Assembly: GCF_008831285.2 (NCBI RefSeq)
Contig: NC_045138.2
Coordinates: 16,864,001-16,928,000 of the forward strand
Source: Nymphaea colorata
Taxonomy: Eukaryota
DNA: 64,000 nt
Reading direction: 5' to 3'
Part shown: positions 52,325 through 64,000 of the stretch, piece by piece
How positions within the stretch are numbered: the first letter of the stretch is position 1
Layout: the number at the start of each line of letters is the position of its first letter
Position numbers and translations under genes: made by a program
Notes under the pieces: model-generated
Told to the model about the DNA's origin: nothing
Database searches by the model: none
What the model saw: only the letters and a program-made list of their open reading frames with translations

Positions 52325-53135
52325 TCTTTTTAATCAATAAATTAAAATAGTGTCCTTTCAGTAAAAAGAAGACAATTGTGGCACACCATGTTAATTTGGA
52401 GAGGATGGGCCTTGAGAGATGCAAAATATTGATGTCATATCATGATTTAGCTTGCAGATTTTGTTTAATTTGAATGCATGGTAGTAAGGCATATGTCTAT
52501 GAGCATTGGAGTTAGAATTTTCATTGGGAGAACAGGTATTAGAGAAGCATTCGTCAAGCAAAGAAAATAAAAGAAAGAGTGGGACATAGAGAAATACTTA
52601 ACATTCTAGCTAAGTCATAAAAGCGAGAAGAGGAAACTTTGTTGGGTAAAGAAGGCCGATTATGATCTAATTTATAGTAGAGAAATTTGCTCAATCTAGA
52701 AACTATAGATACCCTCGCAAGGAAGGAAACTGAACCAAATGAAGCAATTGTGGATGTCAAACAATCAATTCATTTTCTTTTTGCAGGTTTATTGCCTTAT
52801 TATACATTAATTTTGATTCCTGCACCATATATAGGATAAGGATTGGTAGCTAAGTTGAACAGATCCTTCTATATATGTCCTCCTCCAATATTTATAGTGG
52901 AAACAAATAAAATACTAGTAATGTTTTAATTCCATTTATATGTTGGTTTCTCATGGCATCTTTCTTTTAGAAGAAGACTGAAGTACACAACCAAGGATTT
53001 ATGAAGTTCAGAAAAGGCCTTAACAAGCAGGCAGCTGGTCAATGGTTTCAAATCCAACTGTAACCCCTTTCAAAGCAAAACCTTTGCTTGCCTAGGCAAG
53101 GCTTGACACTACTTAGGTAGTGTTTGGCAGCACCA
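52325..53135 (-). promoter_or_regulatory. Repeated leader/promoter cassette upstream (minus strand) of hairpin D
   Basis: TATAAAT minus 52676-52670; putative intron 52597-52355. Confidence 0.5.
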
Positions 53136-53990
53136 GGATTAAAATCCTAAGATCAAAATCTCAAGATTTTAATCCAGGATGTGTTTGCTTTCCTAGACTT
53201 TGTTATAATGGATGTCTATCTAGTGTCTGTTAAATGTTTGGAAAAAAAATTAAAACGTTATATAAGTTTGATTCTTTGTCGGTCATAAAAGTCTATTCTC
53301 CAAATCTCTCTTTCATTGTTTTGGGATCTAACACATGAAGGCAACCTTTCCTTTCCTCCAGTTTATCACCGAACCCGTTATGTGCACCTCATTGTGGACT
53401 AGAATTTGTGCACAGGAGAGTACGATGACGAAAATACCTCCAGTGAAAGGGGAAAAAAAAAACTTTTATGTAAAAAAGAATTGTGAAAAAGTAAAAAAAA
53501 AAAAGTCTAAATACCTATTATCTGTATAAAAAATTTCACTACACCCTCCACCCACTTTGGTGTATACTTATATTTATCACCGGGCAGGGCTCTCTCTCTC
53601 TCTCCCCATCTCTCTCCCTCTAATTTATGAGCTCTCACTGATATGTGAGAGAAAGTAGGAGAGCCACCCCTTCATCATCTGCAACCTTATCATCAGCGGC
53701 CAGTCGTCACCGGTATGAACATAAAGAAATTAGACAAAAAAAGCACCAAAAGGAACTGATGAAAAACGACGATGCGAACTACCAAGAAAGTCGCACGAAA
53801 GAAATTAATTAATGGGCCCAAATCTCTCTCTTCCCTTCAGTTCAAGCATGGAGGCGCGCGCACGGTCAACATTCAAAAGTGGTCGGCGAAAGGTAGGCAA
53901 GTTAAGCAGCTGGTTCGAGTTATAAATCCCCTTAACCAGGAAGCCCTTGCTCTACGTAGCTGAATGCAGGAGGCGGAGAGGGAGAGAGAA

Positions 53991-54275
53991 ATGGCAACAA
54001 GCAAAGTTGTCTTATCAGGTGTCCAAGTCATGGCGGTACTGGCCGTACTCTTCTTCCTACTTTCAGGATCATCCATGGCTGCCGACTTTTGCCAAGGTAT
54101 ACATATAGTTCAACTACTCAATAGATGGTATCAATTGCTCACGCCAATGTACATCTGGTTCCGCCAATATATATACTTATATATATATAGTGATGGTAAG
54201 CCATAAAATGCATCTCTTTGCATGCTGTGATTCATCTATCACCATCAATATTATCCATATACATAAGGATTTTGT

Positions 54276-54326
<51 letters not shown>

Positions 54327-54692
54327 ATAGTAAGCCATAAACTGTATCTCTTTGCATGCTGTGATTCATCTATCACCATCAATATTATCTGTATACATAA
54401 GGATTTTGGAAAAAGAACTTGCAGCGTAAGATTACTGATCTCAATTGTAGCATGTTGCTCCTGTTCTTCTTACTAAGAGTATGCTCCTATCGCAGGCAAG
54501 CAGTCATGGCCGGAGCTGGTTGGACAGGCCGGAGAAGTTGCTGAGCCCGTGATCAAAGGGCAAAACCCTTTTGTGAAGGATGTTATTATTGTCCGGAACG
54601 ACACAAAGCTAATTGAAAATTTCCGCTGCGATCGGGTCTGGATCTTTACTAACCCTGACGGCACCATTAGCAGGATCCCAACGGTTGGTTAG
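53991..54692 (+). CDS. Potato inhibitor I family protease inhibitor #4, 100 aa
   Basis: Exon1 53991-54096, exon2 54496-54692 GKQSWPELVGQAGEVAEPVIKGQNPFVKDVIIVRNDTKLIENFRCDRVWIFTNPDGTISRIPTVG* (not in ORF track). TATAAAT 53921-53927. Confidence 0.92.
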
Positions 54693-54938
54693 ATCCAGTC
54701 AAGAGAAGAAACTTGTAATAAGGGTTATATATATATGTAATGACATATATAGTGATGATAATTAATGAATAAATGAGCCTTTAATTAATGGCATGATTAC
54801 TTTACTTTTCATTTTTGTAGTAATGTTAGCCATCATCCATTTTGGGGCTCTTTTTGCCTTTTATTTGTCACATGGGACATGTATTTATGCGACCGATACT
54901 TTGAATACTCACCATGAGACACAGAATTTTTTGACTTA

Positions 54939-55423
54939 GGGCCTGTTTGGTTGGAGGGAATGGGAAGGAAAGGGAGGGATTGAGCAATCCCTCCTTTGTT
55001 TGGTTGGCTAATTAAAAAGGAGGGAAAGGGAGGGAAAGAGACAAAGTATGTTTGGCTGCAAGGGAAGGGAAAGGAAAGGGAGGGAAAGGAAAGGATAGAT
55101 TAGTGTAAATCCAATCCCTCCCAAATCGGACGGATTGGGAGGGAAAGGAAAGGAAATGAAGAAGAAAAGTTTTTTTGCCCATAATACCCATGAGGACCCA
55201 CGTCTAAAAAGAAAAACGGAAGAAGATTTTAGTCTTTTCTTTCCTTTCCTTTCCTTTCTATCCAAACAAGTTTTTTAATCACCTCTTTCCTTTCCTTTCC
55301 ATTCCATTCTTTTCCCTTCCTTTCCTCTTCCCTTCCCTTTCCTTTCCCTTCCTTTCTGTCCCTTCCTTTCCCTTCCTTTCTGTCCCTTCCTTTCCCTCCC
55401 TTTCCCTCCAACCAAACAGGGCG
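54939..55423. mobile_element. Tourist-like (PIF/Harbinger) MITE with GGAAA/TTTCC tracts
   Basis: TIR GGGCCTGTTTGGTTGGAGGGAA / TTCCCTCCAACCAAACAGGGCG; TTA TSD at 54936-54938 and 55424-55426. Confidence 0.88.
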
Positions 55424-56642
55424 TTAAACGGACCAAACCGTTCAGAGACCAATTGTGAGAGAAGCCAATATAATATATTTTCTGAAAAATCTTACCTGAG
55501 CCAAAATAAAATATTCGAAAATTTTAACGACATATAATTTTTATAAGAAAAGGTAGGTGGATTCAGTTTTGCAGCACTGAAGGATTAATCTCAGGCCTGG
55601 TGAGGATGTTATATGCTGGAGGCCTAATCGAACGCCGATTAAAGAAAGGCATCAAATATGGAAGCACATTCGAGTGAACTGTGATGAAATGAAAGAAATG
55701 GATGCGGAATTTTGAACCACCTGCTGGTTTATTTACATTGGCAGTCATGGGAGATTGCTTACAAATGCCAGACTGCAAAGATCAGGATGTTCGTTAGCCT
55801 CTGTCTGTCGTCTTCAACAACATGTATTGCTTACATGCTCATATTCTCTGAAGAATTGGAGTTGCAAATTTGGAGTCTTTACTGCTAGAAGTGATTTATG
55901 CTTCACATTAATATGATGGTTCAGAAAAAAAAACTATCGTGCAGAGAGTTTAAGCTTTCCTGGAACCTATGTTTCAGTATAATTGTGTGGAAAATCTGGA
56001 GATCCAAAAATTTTTACTCCCACAAAGAGATTTACAAACCTGTTGATGAAGCTAAAAAAGAGGTATGACAGGCTTGTTTTGACATTACTCTGAAACAAAG
56101 CTGACATATCTAATCACGCAGCTTGCCATTAACTTTGGCTATGAACTGAGGTGTTCTGTCCTTTTTGGCAGATTCCTATGGGGAGTGGATATATGATAGA
56201 AATTGGTTTTGGAAAAATTGTGGCAGTTGTTTTCTGTTCTGGCATTCCATGGCACAATGATGAACTAGTAGTTAATCTTTCATTACTGGATTCTAAACCT
56301 GGGGAGTTTACAGAGTCCATCATTCGTGAGTCTTTACCACGACATGTTCCCAATTGTCATTAGAACCGAGATGGAAATCTTGGTTACATGGATTGCATTG
56401 TCTATATAGAAATCTCTGTAGGACTGGTGAATATTATGAGCTTGATCTTTCTTGTGATGTAATAACCTTGCTACTGTGCAAGGGATGCCATGACTTGATG
56501 GTCTGGTTTTGTTGACTTGTACTATTATTTATTATTGTTTATTCTTTCTTTAATGGAATGGGTACACCTTAGCCCACTTTCTTGGAAATACAATACATGG
56601 ACAGTCATATTCAATCTGACTTGATGACAATGACAATGGTCT

Positions 56643-56690
<48 letters not shown>

Positions 56691-56896
56691 TATATATATA
56701 GATAAACAAAATTATCTTTTGGTGAATCTATGAACAAAAAAAACCTAATTATAGACCGCCAGCTTTAGGACTTTAATTGGATAATTTGACACTGAAAAGT
56801 CAGTTTCATTGTTACCATAAAACTAGATAACTTGCCCTTTTCTTTACTTGCATGGCAAACCCATATCTTTTTTCGAGTACAAATACAGTAGAGACA

Positions 56897-57288
<392 letters not shown>

Positions 57289-57499
57289 ATTAAAGTACAA
57301 GAGAAGTACTTCAAAGATTCAACTCTCTCGGGTTGAATTAGTCAAGCATGGAGGAGTTCAGTCAATATTCAAAGAAGGGAAGGATGCAGCCCTCGCGCTG
57401 TTATAAAGCACTCCAAACAGCATGCCGGCCTCGCTGCGTTTATTGTACGGTTGAATCCCTTCATTAGCTGAACCCCTCACTGAGATATCAGAGAGAGAG

Positions 57500-59227
57500 A
57501 TGGCAACAAGAATGCAAGGGAAGGTGAGGCCGCCATCATGTGCCCTGCTCATGGGGGTGGCCCTGCTTTTCTTCTTCCTCCTTTCCGCCTCCACCATGGC
57601 CACCGACTGCAAAGGTATATTTTAATGTGTCTTCTTTGTTCGAACTTTAGGCCGTGTTTGTTTGCCTCGGATTTCATGGGGGAGATCCAAAGTAAAACAA
57701 AGGACTGATCTCAGCAAACCCACGAGAGGGCAGCAATCCACGAATTAGAGATCAGACACCCCTGCGTCTGATCTCTGTCGTGGATCTCACATCCCCACGA
57801 GTCGTTAAGCTTGGGCTCTCCTGCCATGCTTGTCGACCAACCTCCTGTCGGTGGCTCTCTCTCCACCAAATAACCAGTGATAGAAAAACGATCTGCGGGT
57901 TTAAAAAAGAAAAAATTGGAGCCCTTGGCACTGCAAGGGTTTGAGAAAACATGTTTTAGAAGAGAGAAAGGAAGAGACGTCGATTCTCAGACTGCCGGAA
58001 ACACACCTGAGAGCTCCGAACCTCACCCTTTTTTAAAAAAAAAAATGATTACTGCCAAGGGTTTCAAAAAAATAAAATACCTCGGTGTAACCCTCAACAC
58101 TGCTGAGTGTTTCAGAAATTTCAAGGATAGCGCAGAGACGGATGGAGATGACGGCTGGCTGGAAGATCTACCCTCCTCCCCTGCCGGAGAAAAGTACCTG
58201 CGACTTTATCTTTCTTGATCTGCACGCCTAGGAGGCGGGAAAAACAAGAAACAACAACCTTGACTACCATGGCGGTCAAGGTCAAGATAGATAGAAAAAG
58301 GGGACGGGAGAGAGAGAAAAAGAGTCCGCAGTCGACCATGAACTTGCAGTCGAGTATCAAGCTACGGTCAACAAAAGCTTGGCTTTTAAGACCCTCCGAT
58401 TTTAGATCAATCCTGGATCTAATATCCATGGGCATCAAATCCGACCTTTGTGTTTGATGATTTGCAATTCCGATTCAACAATAAAAATTTCAAAATCGTA
58501 GTACCTCTTCAAACTGTAGTGGAATCAAAATTCCTGATTTTAGTTTCTTTAATTCCAGAAACAAAATAGATCGTTTGTTTTATAATTCTAATTTCTTAAA
58601 AATTCAACATTTTGACTCTCAAAATTCTGTATATCAAACACCCCCAATGCCCAGACATGCATCGGCACATGCATGTAAAATCTTGACTTGTTGTGGAACC
58701 TGTCAATTTTGATTATGAGCACTAGTTATATAATTTTAAATTTTTAGAGGCACTGTACAGAAATGAAAAAAAGGGTTCATGAAATTTCAATATGAAAATA
58801 AACACTTTTTGTGGGTTTGTGTGGCCAATTGCCCACACCTTCCTCCGCCCCTGCCCTTAAACATTTTTCCCTGTATCTTCACCAAACATGCTTGACATTT
58901 TCATGCATTGCATGTCCTTAATGCATTAATTCATTGGCCTTATGTACATGGCTATATTCTCCTCACGCATTTTATATTAATAGAGCTACTTGTTGTTTTC
59001 TGCTTATAGATTAACTGTGTCTTAACACAGGGAAGGAGTCATGGCCGGAACTGGCGGGCATGGATGGACAGGTCGCTCCCCCCATTATCAAAGCTCAGAA
59101 TCCTTATGTTACGGATGTTCCCATTGTGAAAGAAGGCACCGTGGTTATTTTGAACTTCCTCTGCAACCGTGTTCGCGTCTGGGTTAAGCCCAACGGCACC
59201 ATCTACGAGCCACCCACCATTGGCTAG
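57500..59227 (+). CDS. Potato inhibitor I family protease inhibitor #5, 103 aa
   Basis: Exon1 57500-57614 (MATRMQGKVRPPSCALLMGVALLFFFLLSASTMATDCK), exon2 59031-59227 GKESWPELAG...EGTVVILNFLCNRVRVWVKPNGTIYEPPTIG*. 1416-nt GT-AG intron; TATAAAG 57402-57408. Confidence 0.9.
57650..58645. mobile_element. One or two adjacent Tourist/PIF-like insertions in the intron of inhibitor #5
   Basis: tta|GGCCGTGTTTG at 57650. GTGTTTGAT ~58450 pairs with ATCAAACACCCCC ~58633-58645. GC-richer interior; TSDs not clean. Confidence 0.45.
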
Positions 59228-59974
59228 ACGTTCCCGTTCATGTTTACAGGTCTCCAGCTGCTTACGATCTTCATAAGTTGGCCTGAATATGAGGCTTTTA
59301 TGCAATAACGTATTGCCGCTTAACTGATAATGAATAAATGTGCCTCAGTGTCGTGCTTATGCTTTACTTCCCATGAGAATCGAACTAGTGGCTGGTCTTA
59401 TAGTAACTGCTTATAGTACCGAGCCCCCAAAAGTTTACAAGACTACTTCATCGAGAGTTCAAGATTTGGTTCCAAGACTTGTTTGAAAATAAACTAACGA
59501 CCAATACGCACTAAATTATATAGAATATACCTTTCTAGAAAAACCTATCCAATTAATTACTTTATTATTGTTAAACGTTGAGTACAGAAACGATTTCCAA
59601 ATTAATTGATTTTTCCTTTTACTTACAAGTAGGCGTATTCTCAAATTTGAAGGCTAATTTCTCACAAATAGTCAAGGAAGGCACTTTTGACATTCGGCGT
59701 CTAAGGCATGAAAGCATGATGTAAATTACACTTACATGAATAGAAAACTACCGCATGAGGAAGAAGCAGGTGTGCTCAAGATCATTTTGAGGAGGACCAA
59801 TCAATCTAGTGTTCAAATGCATCAAAACTTTGAGAAACGGAGCAACAAACAGGGGAGATTATAGATAAACCATTGCAAGTTTTAGTCAAGAACTATTATT
59901 TTCTCAATCCCCACATTGGTTGTTAGGTAGATTGTTCTCCAATATGTAAACTATGAGATTTTGTACGGCCAGTA

Positions 59975-60065
59975 AACAACCCAAATAACACAAAGAAAAT
60001 TTTACGTGGTTCAGCTTTACGCCTACATCCACGGTCTCTGCAATAAACTCTCATGATACACGAGA
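59975..60065 (-). mobile_element. Possible Copia-type LTR fragment
   Basis: Minus strand GTGGATGTAGGC..GAACCACGTAAAATTTTCTTTGTG resembles a motif common in plant LTRs. No TG..CA ends or TSD located. Confidence 0.3.
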
Positions 60066-60216
60066 GTTGCAGGTTCCACTATGTAAAGTCATGTTGCTAC
60101 AACAGGATTGATTTCCTTGCCTCTCTGGTGATAGATTTTTAAGATCAAATGAGGCAACATAATCACCAATTGTTACATTAAATAAGGTAAAAATATTTCT
60201 GTGCCGATACTTTTGG

Positions 60217-62135
60217 GTGAGTATGAGGGTCCTTGTGGCACAAGCACATGAACTGGATCTCTCAAACAACCATGCTCTTCACAGCCATAAGGTTACCGTG
60301 GGAGAAAGCCATGAAATAGCTATGGACCACAATCAAGACTCGGATATCAATGTTGGGCAGGAGTTGGTCAGTGTGCATCAGCAATTGCAGCCGCCTGTGA
60401 CTAGTCGGGCACTTGTTGCACCCATTCGTCAGAGCCGAGCACTCGTTGCTGACCCAGATCATGAGCTGACGGTAGGGCAGGAGTTTCCTGATGTGAAGAG
60501 TTGCCGAAGAGCCTTGAGAGAGACTGCTATAGCGTTGCATTTTGAGATTCAGACCGTGAAGTCAGACAAAACAAGATTCACAGCTAAATGTGCTACTGAA
60601 GGTTGCCCTTGGCGAATTCATGCTGCAAAGCTTCCTAGTGTTCCTACTTTTACAATAAGAACCATTCATGCCCAACATGCTTGTGGAGGCATTACACACT
60701 TGGGGCACCGGCAGGCTTCAGCTCCATGGAAGATCGGCTTCGAGAAAATCCGTCTTATAAACCAAAAGACATACTTGAAGACATACATAGACTTCATGGG
60801 ATCACCCTAACATATAAACAAGCATGGCGTGGAAAGGAACGTATAATGGCTGCTGTTCGTGGTTCATTTGAGGAAGGCTATCGTCTTCTACCACAGTATT
60901 GTGAGCAAATCAAGCGGACTAATCCTGGTAGTATTGCTTCAGTGTACGGTATAGGTCCTGACAATTGCTTTCAGCGCTTATTTATCTCATTTTATGCTTC
61001 CATCTATGGTTTCGTAAATGCTTGCCGTCCACTCCTTGGGCTCGACCGGACAGTGTTAAAGAGCAAATATCTAGGGACCTTGCTCTTTGCTACAGGATTT
61101 GATGGTGATGGTGCATTGTTTCCACTGGCATTTGGAGTTGTTGATGAGGAAAATGAAGAGAGCTGGATGTGGTTTTTGTCTGAACTCCATAATCTGCTTG
61201 AAATGAATACTGAAAACATGCCTAGGCTAACCATCTTGTCTGATCGGCAGAAAGGCATTGTAGATGGTGTTGAAGCAAACTTTCCCACTGCATTTCATGG
61301 GTTCTGCATGCGACACCTCAGCGAAAGCTTCCGCAAAGAGTTCAACAATCCCATGCTGGTGAACCTTCTGTGGGAGGCTGCCTATGCCCTCACTGTTATT
61401 GAGTTTGAGGCCAAAATATTAGAAATAGAAGAAATATCACAAGATGCAGCCTATTGGATCCGACGTGTTCCACCTCGTCTTTGGGCTACTGCTTATTTTG
61501 AGGGCACAAGGTTTGGACACCTAACAGCAAACATTGTGGAGTCGTTAAATACATGGATGCTTGAGGCATCTGGATTACCAATTGTTCAGATGATGGAATC
61601 CATCCGAAGACAGTTAATGACATGGTTCAATGAAAGGAGAGAAACTAGTATGCAATGGAATTCTATCCTTGTACCATCCGCCGAAAGGCGTGTAGCTGAT
61701 GCAATTGACCAGGCTCGCAATTATCAAGTTCTGCGTGCAAACGAGGCAGAATTTGAAGTTATATCTCATGAAGGAACCAATATTGTAGATATCCGAAACC
61801 GTTGCTGCCTTTGCCGTGGCTGGCAGTTGTATGGCTTGCCATGTTCACATGCTGTTGCAGCACTCATCTCTTGTAGACAGAATGTTAATCGATTTACTGA
61901 GAGTTGTTTCACTGTCACAAATTATCGCAAGACCTACTCTCAGACAATTCACCCTGTTCCTGATAAAACATTGTGGAAGGAATTGTCTGAGAATGCACAA
62001 AATGGTGGCGATAAAGTTGATATTGTAATAGCCCCACCCAAGTCTCTCCGGCCACCAGGACGCCCAAGGAAGAAAAGAGTACGTGCAGAGGATCGTGATC
62101 GTGTAAAGCGAGTTGTCCACTGTAGCTCGTATTGA
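60217..62135 (+). pseudogene. MUSTANG subgroup A-like (MuDR/MULE transposase-derived) gene, frameshifted and C-terminally truncated
   Basis: MuDR domain GQEFPDVKSCRRAL..CATEGCPWRIHA in frame 60217-60720. MULE core (GLDRT, SDRQKG, CMRH, ANIVES) and SWIM CLCRGWQLYGLPCSH in another frame from 60721. Ends VVHCSSY* where a CCHC knuckle is expected. No ATG start and no TIRs seen. Confidence 0.85.
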
Positions 62136-62139
62136 CTAT

Positions 62140-62425
62140 CAGTTGATTGTCATCTCTGAAGATGGTTTTGTGAGTCTTCTGACTGACAGGGAAAACCATA
62201 AAGATGATTTTTGACTTCCAACTGATGAAAATATGGCTTTGTGGGTCTTTTGACTGACAGTGGATGCAACAAAGATGATCTACAACATTCCACCGATGAA
62301 AATCAGTTTGCTCAGGTGATATTGTCCCATCTTCCTACCGTAATGATGTTCCCTGTGTTACTCATTCTGATTGTCAATTGATTGACATCTTTGAAGATGG
62401 TTTTGTGAGTCTTTTAACTGATAGT
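62140..62425 (+). repeat. Three imperfect direct repeats immediately after the MUSTANG truncation
   Basis: gatggttttgtgagtctt..actgac/tag at ~62161, ~62233 and ~62396. Confidence 0.7.
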
Positions 62426-63449
62426 TGAAGCATGAAATAGTGACTGCACTGGTCAAACTCAAGTGGGATAAGTAGTGCTGAGAAGACAAAGCCATCTTAC
62501 TCCAGCCACTTGGGTGACTGATTTGGTCTTGTCTCTTTCTTCCATGTCCATTGCTAAGTATTGGTTATTTTCAGTTGTCATTCACCAAATACAGAAGGAT
62601 ATAGTGACATTGTCCACTGAGCCCGCCAAACTCTGTTCATAAAGTTCTTACAATTAGTCAAATTGAATTGTTCAAGCTTTCCAAATCTAAATGAAACATT
62701 GTCCATATAATAAACGTTGGAGGTAAATAAGTTCATCAAGATTGGATAATAGTTGGACAATTTAGATGTTTAATGCATATTTGAATATTTTGACACTCAT
62801 TTGCTTTTCTTTTAATGTGTAATATGCTTTTGACTTCTATTGGAAATGACTTATGTATGTAGATGAAGCAAAGACATTTAGAATTTTTTTCTTGTTCATA
62901 TATACAAAGGGTGATTCAAATCTGTCAAATGTTTGATTTTCTAGATGGCTATAAATTAAAAATCCATCTCTAAAAATATCATGAACCATTGATAAAAGCA
63001 TGATGAACCACTGTCACACTACAAACCACCGTTAATACTCTTGTGATGACTTCTGGTAACAATTTTTTTCTTTTAGCCATGCAACAACATTCAATAGATT
63101 TGAACTCTCTTATGTATGTACTATTTCACTTAATGTATAACATAAACACATATTCTTGGAGTAGAGCAGGGGCCTTAGTTGCCATGATTCATCTAAAATT
63201 GAGGCTTAGACCAAGGTATGCTTCATCCATATATTTAGTCAAAGACCAGTTTCTCTACCCAGGTCCTCCAACCCCCCTACCCCCTTTGTATGCAGCAAGG
63301 GCCTGTTAGCCACAACGCATATACGAAGAAGGGTCTGTTAGACATAGCTCAAAGACGAAGGAATGGAGTGATTATGTACCTCAAGTTTATATGTTTGAGT
63401 GGTGAAAAAATTCAATAAGAAAGCTACAATTTTGAAAATAAAAAATAGC

Positions 63450-63812
63450 TCATCGTTTTAATCAAACAATGGCAACTTTCAGTAAGAATATGACAATTTG
63501 GCAAAAGATGATGGGCCTTGAGGGATGCAACTATTGATATTATATCATGTTTTAGATTGTAGAGATTGCATGCATTGTGTAAAAGCACATATCCAAGAGA
63601 GTTCCGTTTGAGCTTTTCATTGGGAGAAAAAGTGCAAGCGAAGCATTCATCATGCGATAATTCCAATTACCAAGAGTACAATTGAAACGAAACAAAAGAA
63701 AAAATGAAGCGAATAGAAATACCTCACTAGCTTTATGAATAACAGATCCTGAACAGATGCTTCTCCATATCATATAATAAGAGGAAACTTTGTTGTGTAA
63801 AGAAGGGTTATG
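63450..63812 (-). repeat. Diverged fourth copy of the hairpin leader cassette, without hairpin or TATA
   Basis: Shares ctttcagtaa, gggccttgag.gatgcaa, ttttcattgggaga, gaagcattc, gaaatac and gaggaaactttgttg..taaagaagg with the three cassettes. Confidence 0.7.
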
Positions 63813-64000
63813 CCATATTCTGCAGTGGTGGAGCCAAGAATTTTTGCCAAGAGACACTCCTTTAAAAGACACATTCATTTAGGTGCACCTTATATGTGAA
63901 TAGGCAAATAATTGCAAGGCACCAATATAAAATTAAAGAAAAATTTAATTTGGGGCTGGCGTGGGCAACTGCCCACGCCACCTATATGTAACTCTACTAC

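Noticed and set aside
60217..62135. Autonomous MuDR transposon
   Set aside because: No TIRs or 9-bp TSD seen; the protein matches the domesticated MUSTANG type and is frameshifted.

Overview
AT-rich flowering-plant nuclear DNA; the species cannot be determined from the window. From left to right: (1) A tandem segmental duplication (1-7696 repeated at 11226-18977). Each copy carries a two-exon, minus-strand, divergent PRE/ILI-type atypical HLH gene plus MITE/CACTA relics. (2) A single-exon secreted-peptide gene resembling CTNIP/SCREW phytocytokines (21450-21815). (3) A 2.2-kb non-autonomous hAT element with a perfect 8-bp TSD that carries a captured myosin-TH1-domain exon. (4) An intact 11-exon DEAD-box helicase RH18 (SPB4/DDX55-like; 27889-34184). 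(5) Five two-exon potato inhibitor I (I13) protease-inhibitor genes with highly variable reactive loops. (6) A frameshifted, truncated MUSTANG-A-like gene near the right end. The most unusual structure lies among the inhibitor genes: four fold-back (inverted-repeat) loci built from decayed EXORDIUM/PHI-1 coding sequence, one with ~870-bp arms. Three of them sit directly downstream of a repeated minus-strand cassette with a CTATAAAT box, a short first exon and a ~240-nt GT-AG intron. This is the layout expected of a young hairpin-RNA/proto-MIRNA family that could silence EXORDIUM-like genes. Transcription and small-RNA production are inferred, not shown. All alignments and exon boundaries were read by eye, and family assignments rest on recalled motifs rather than database searches.
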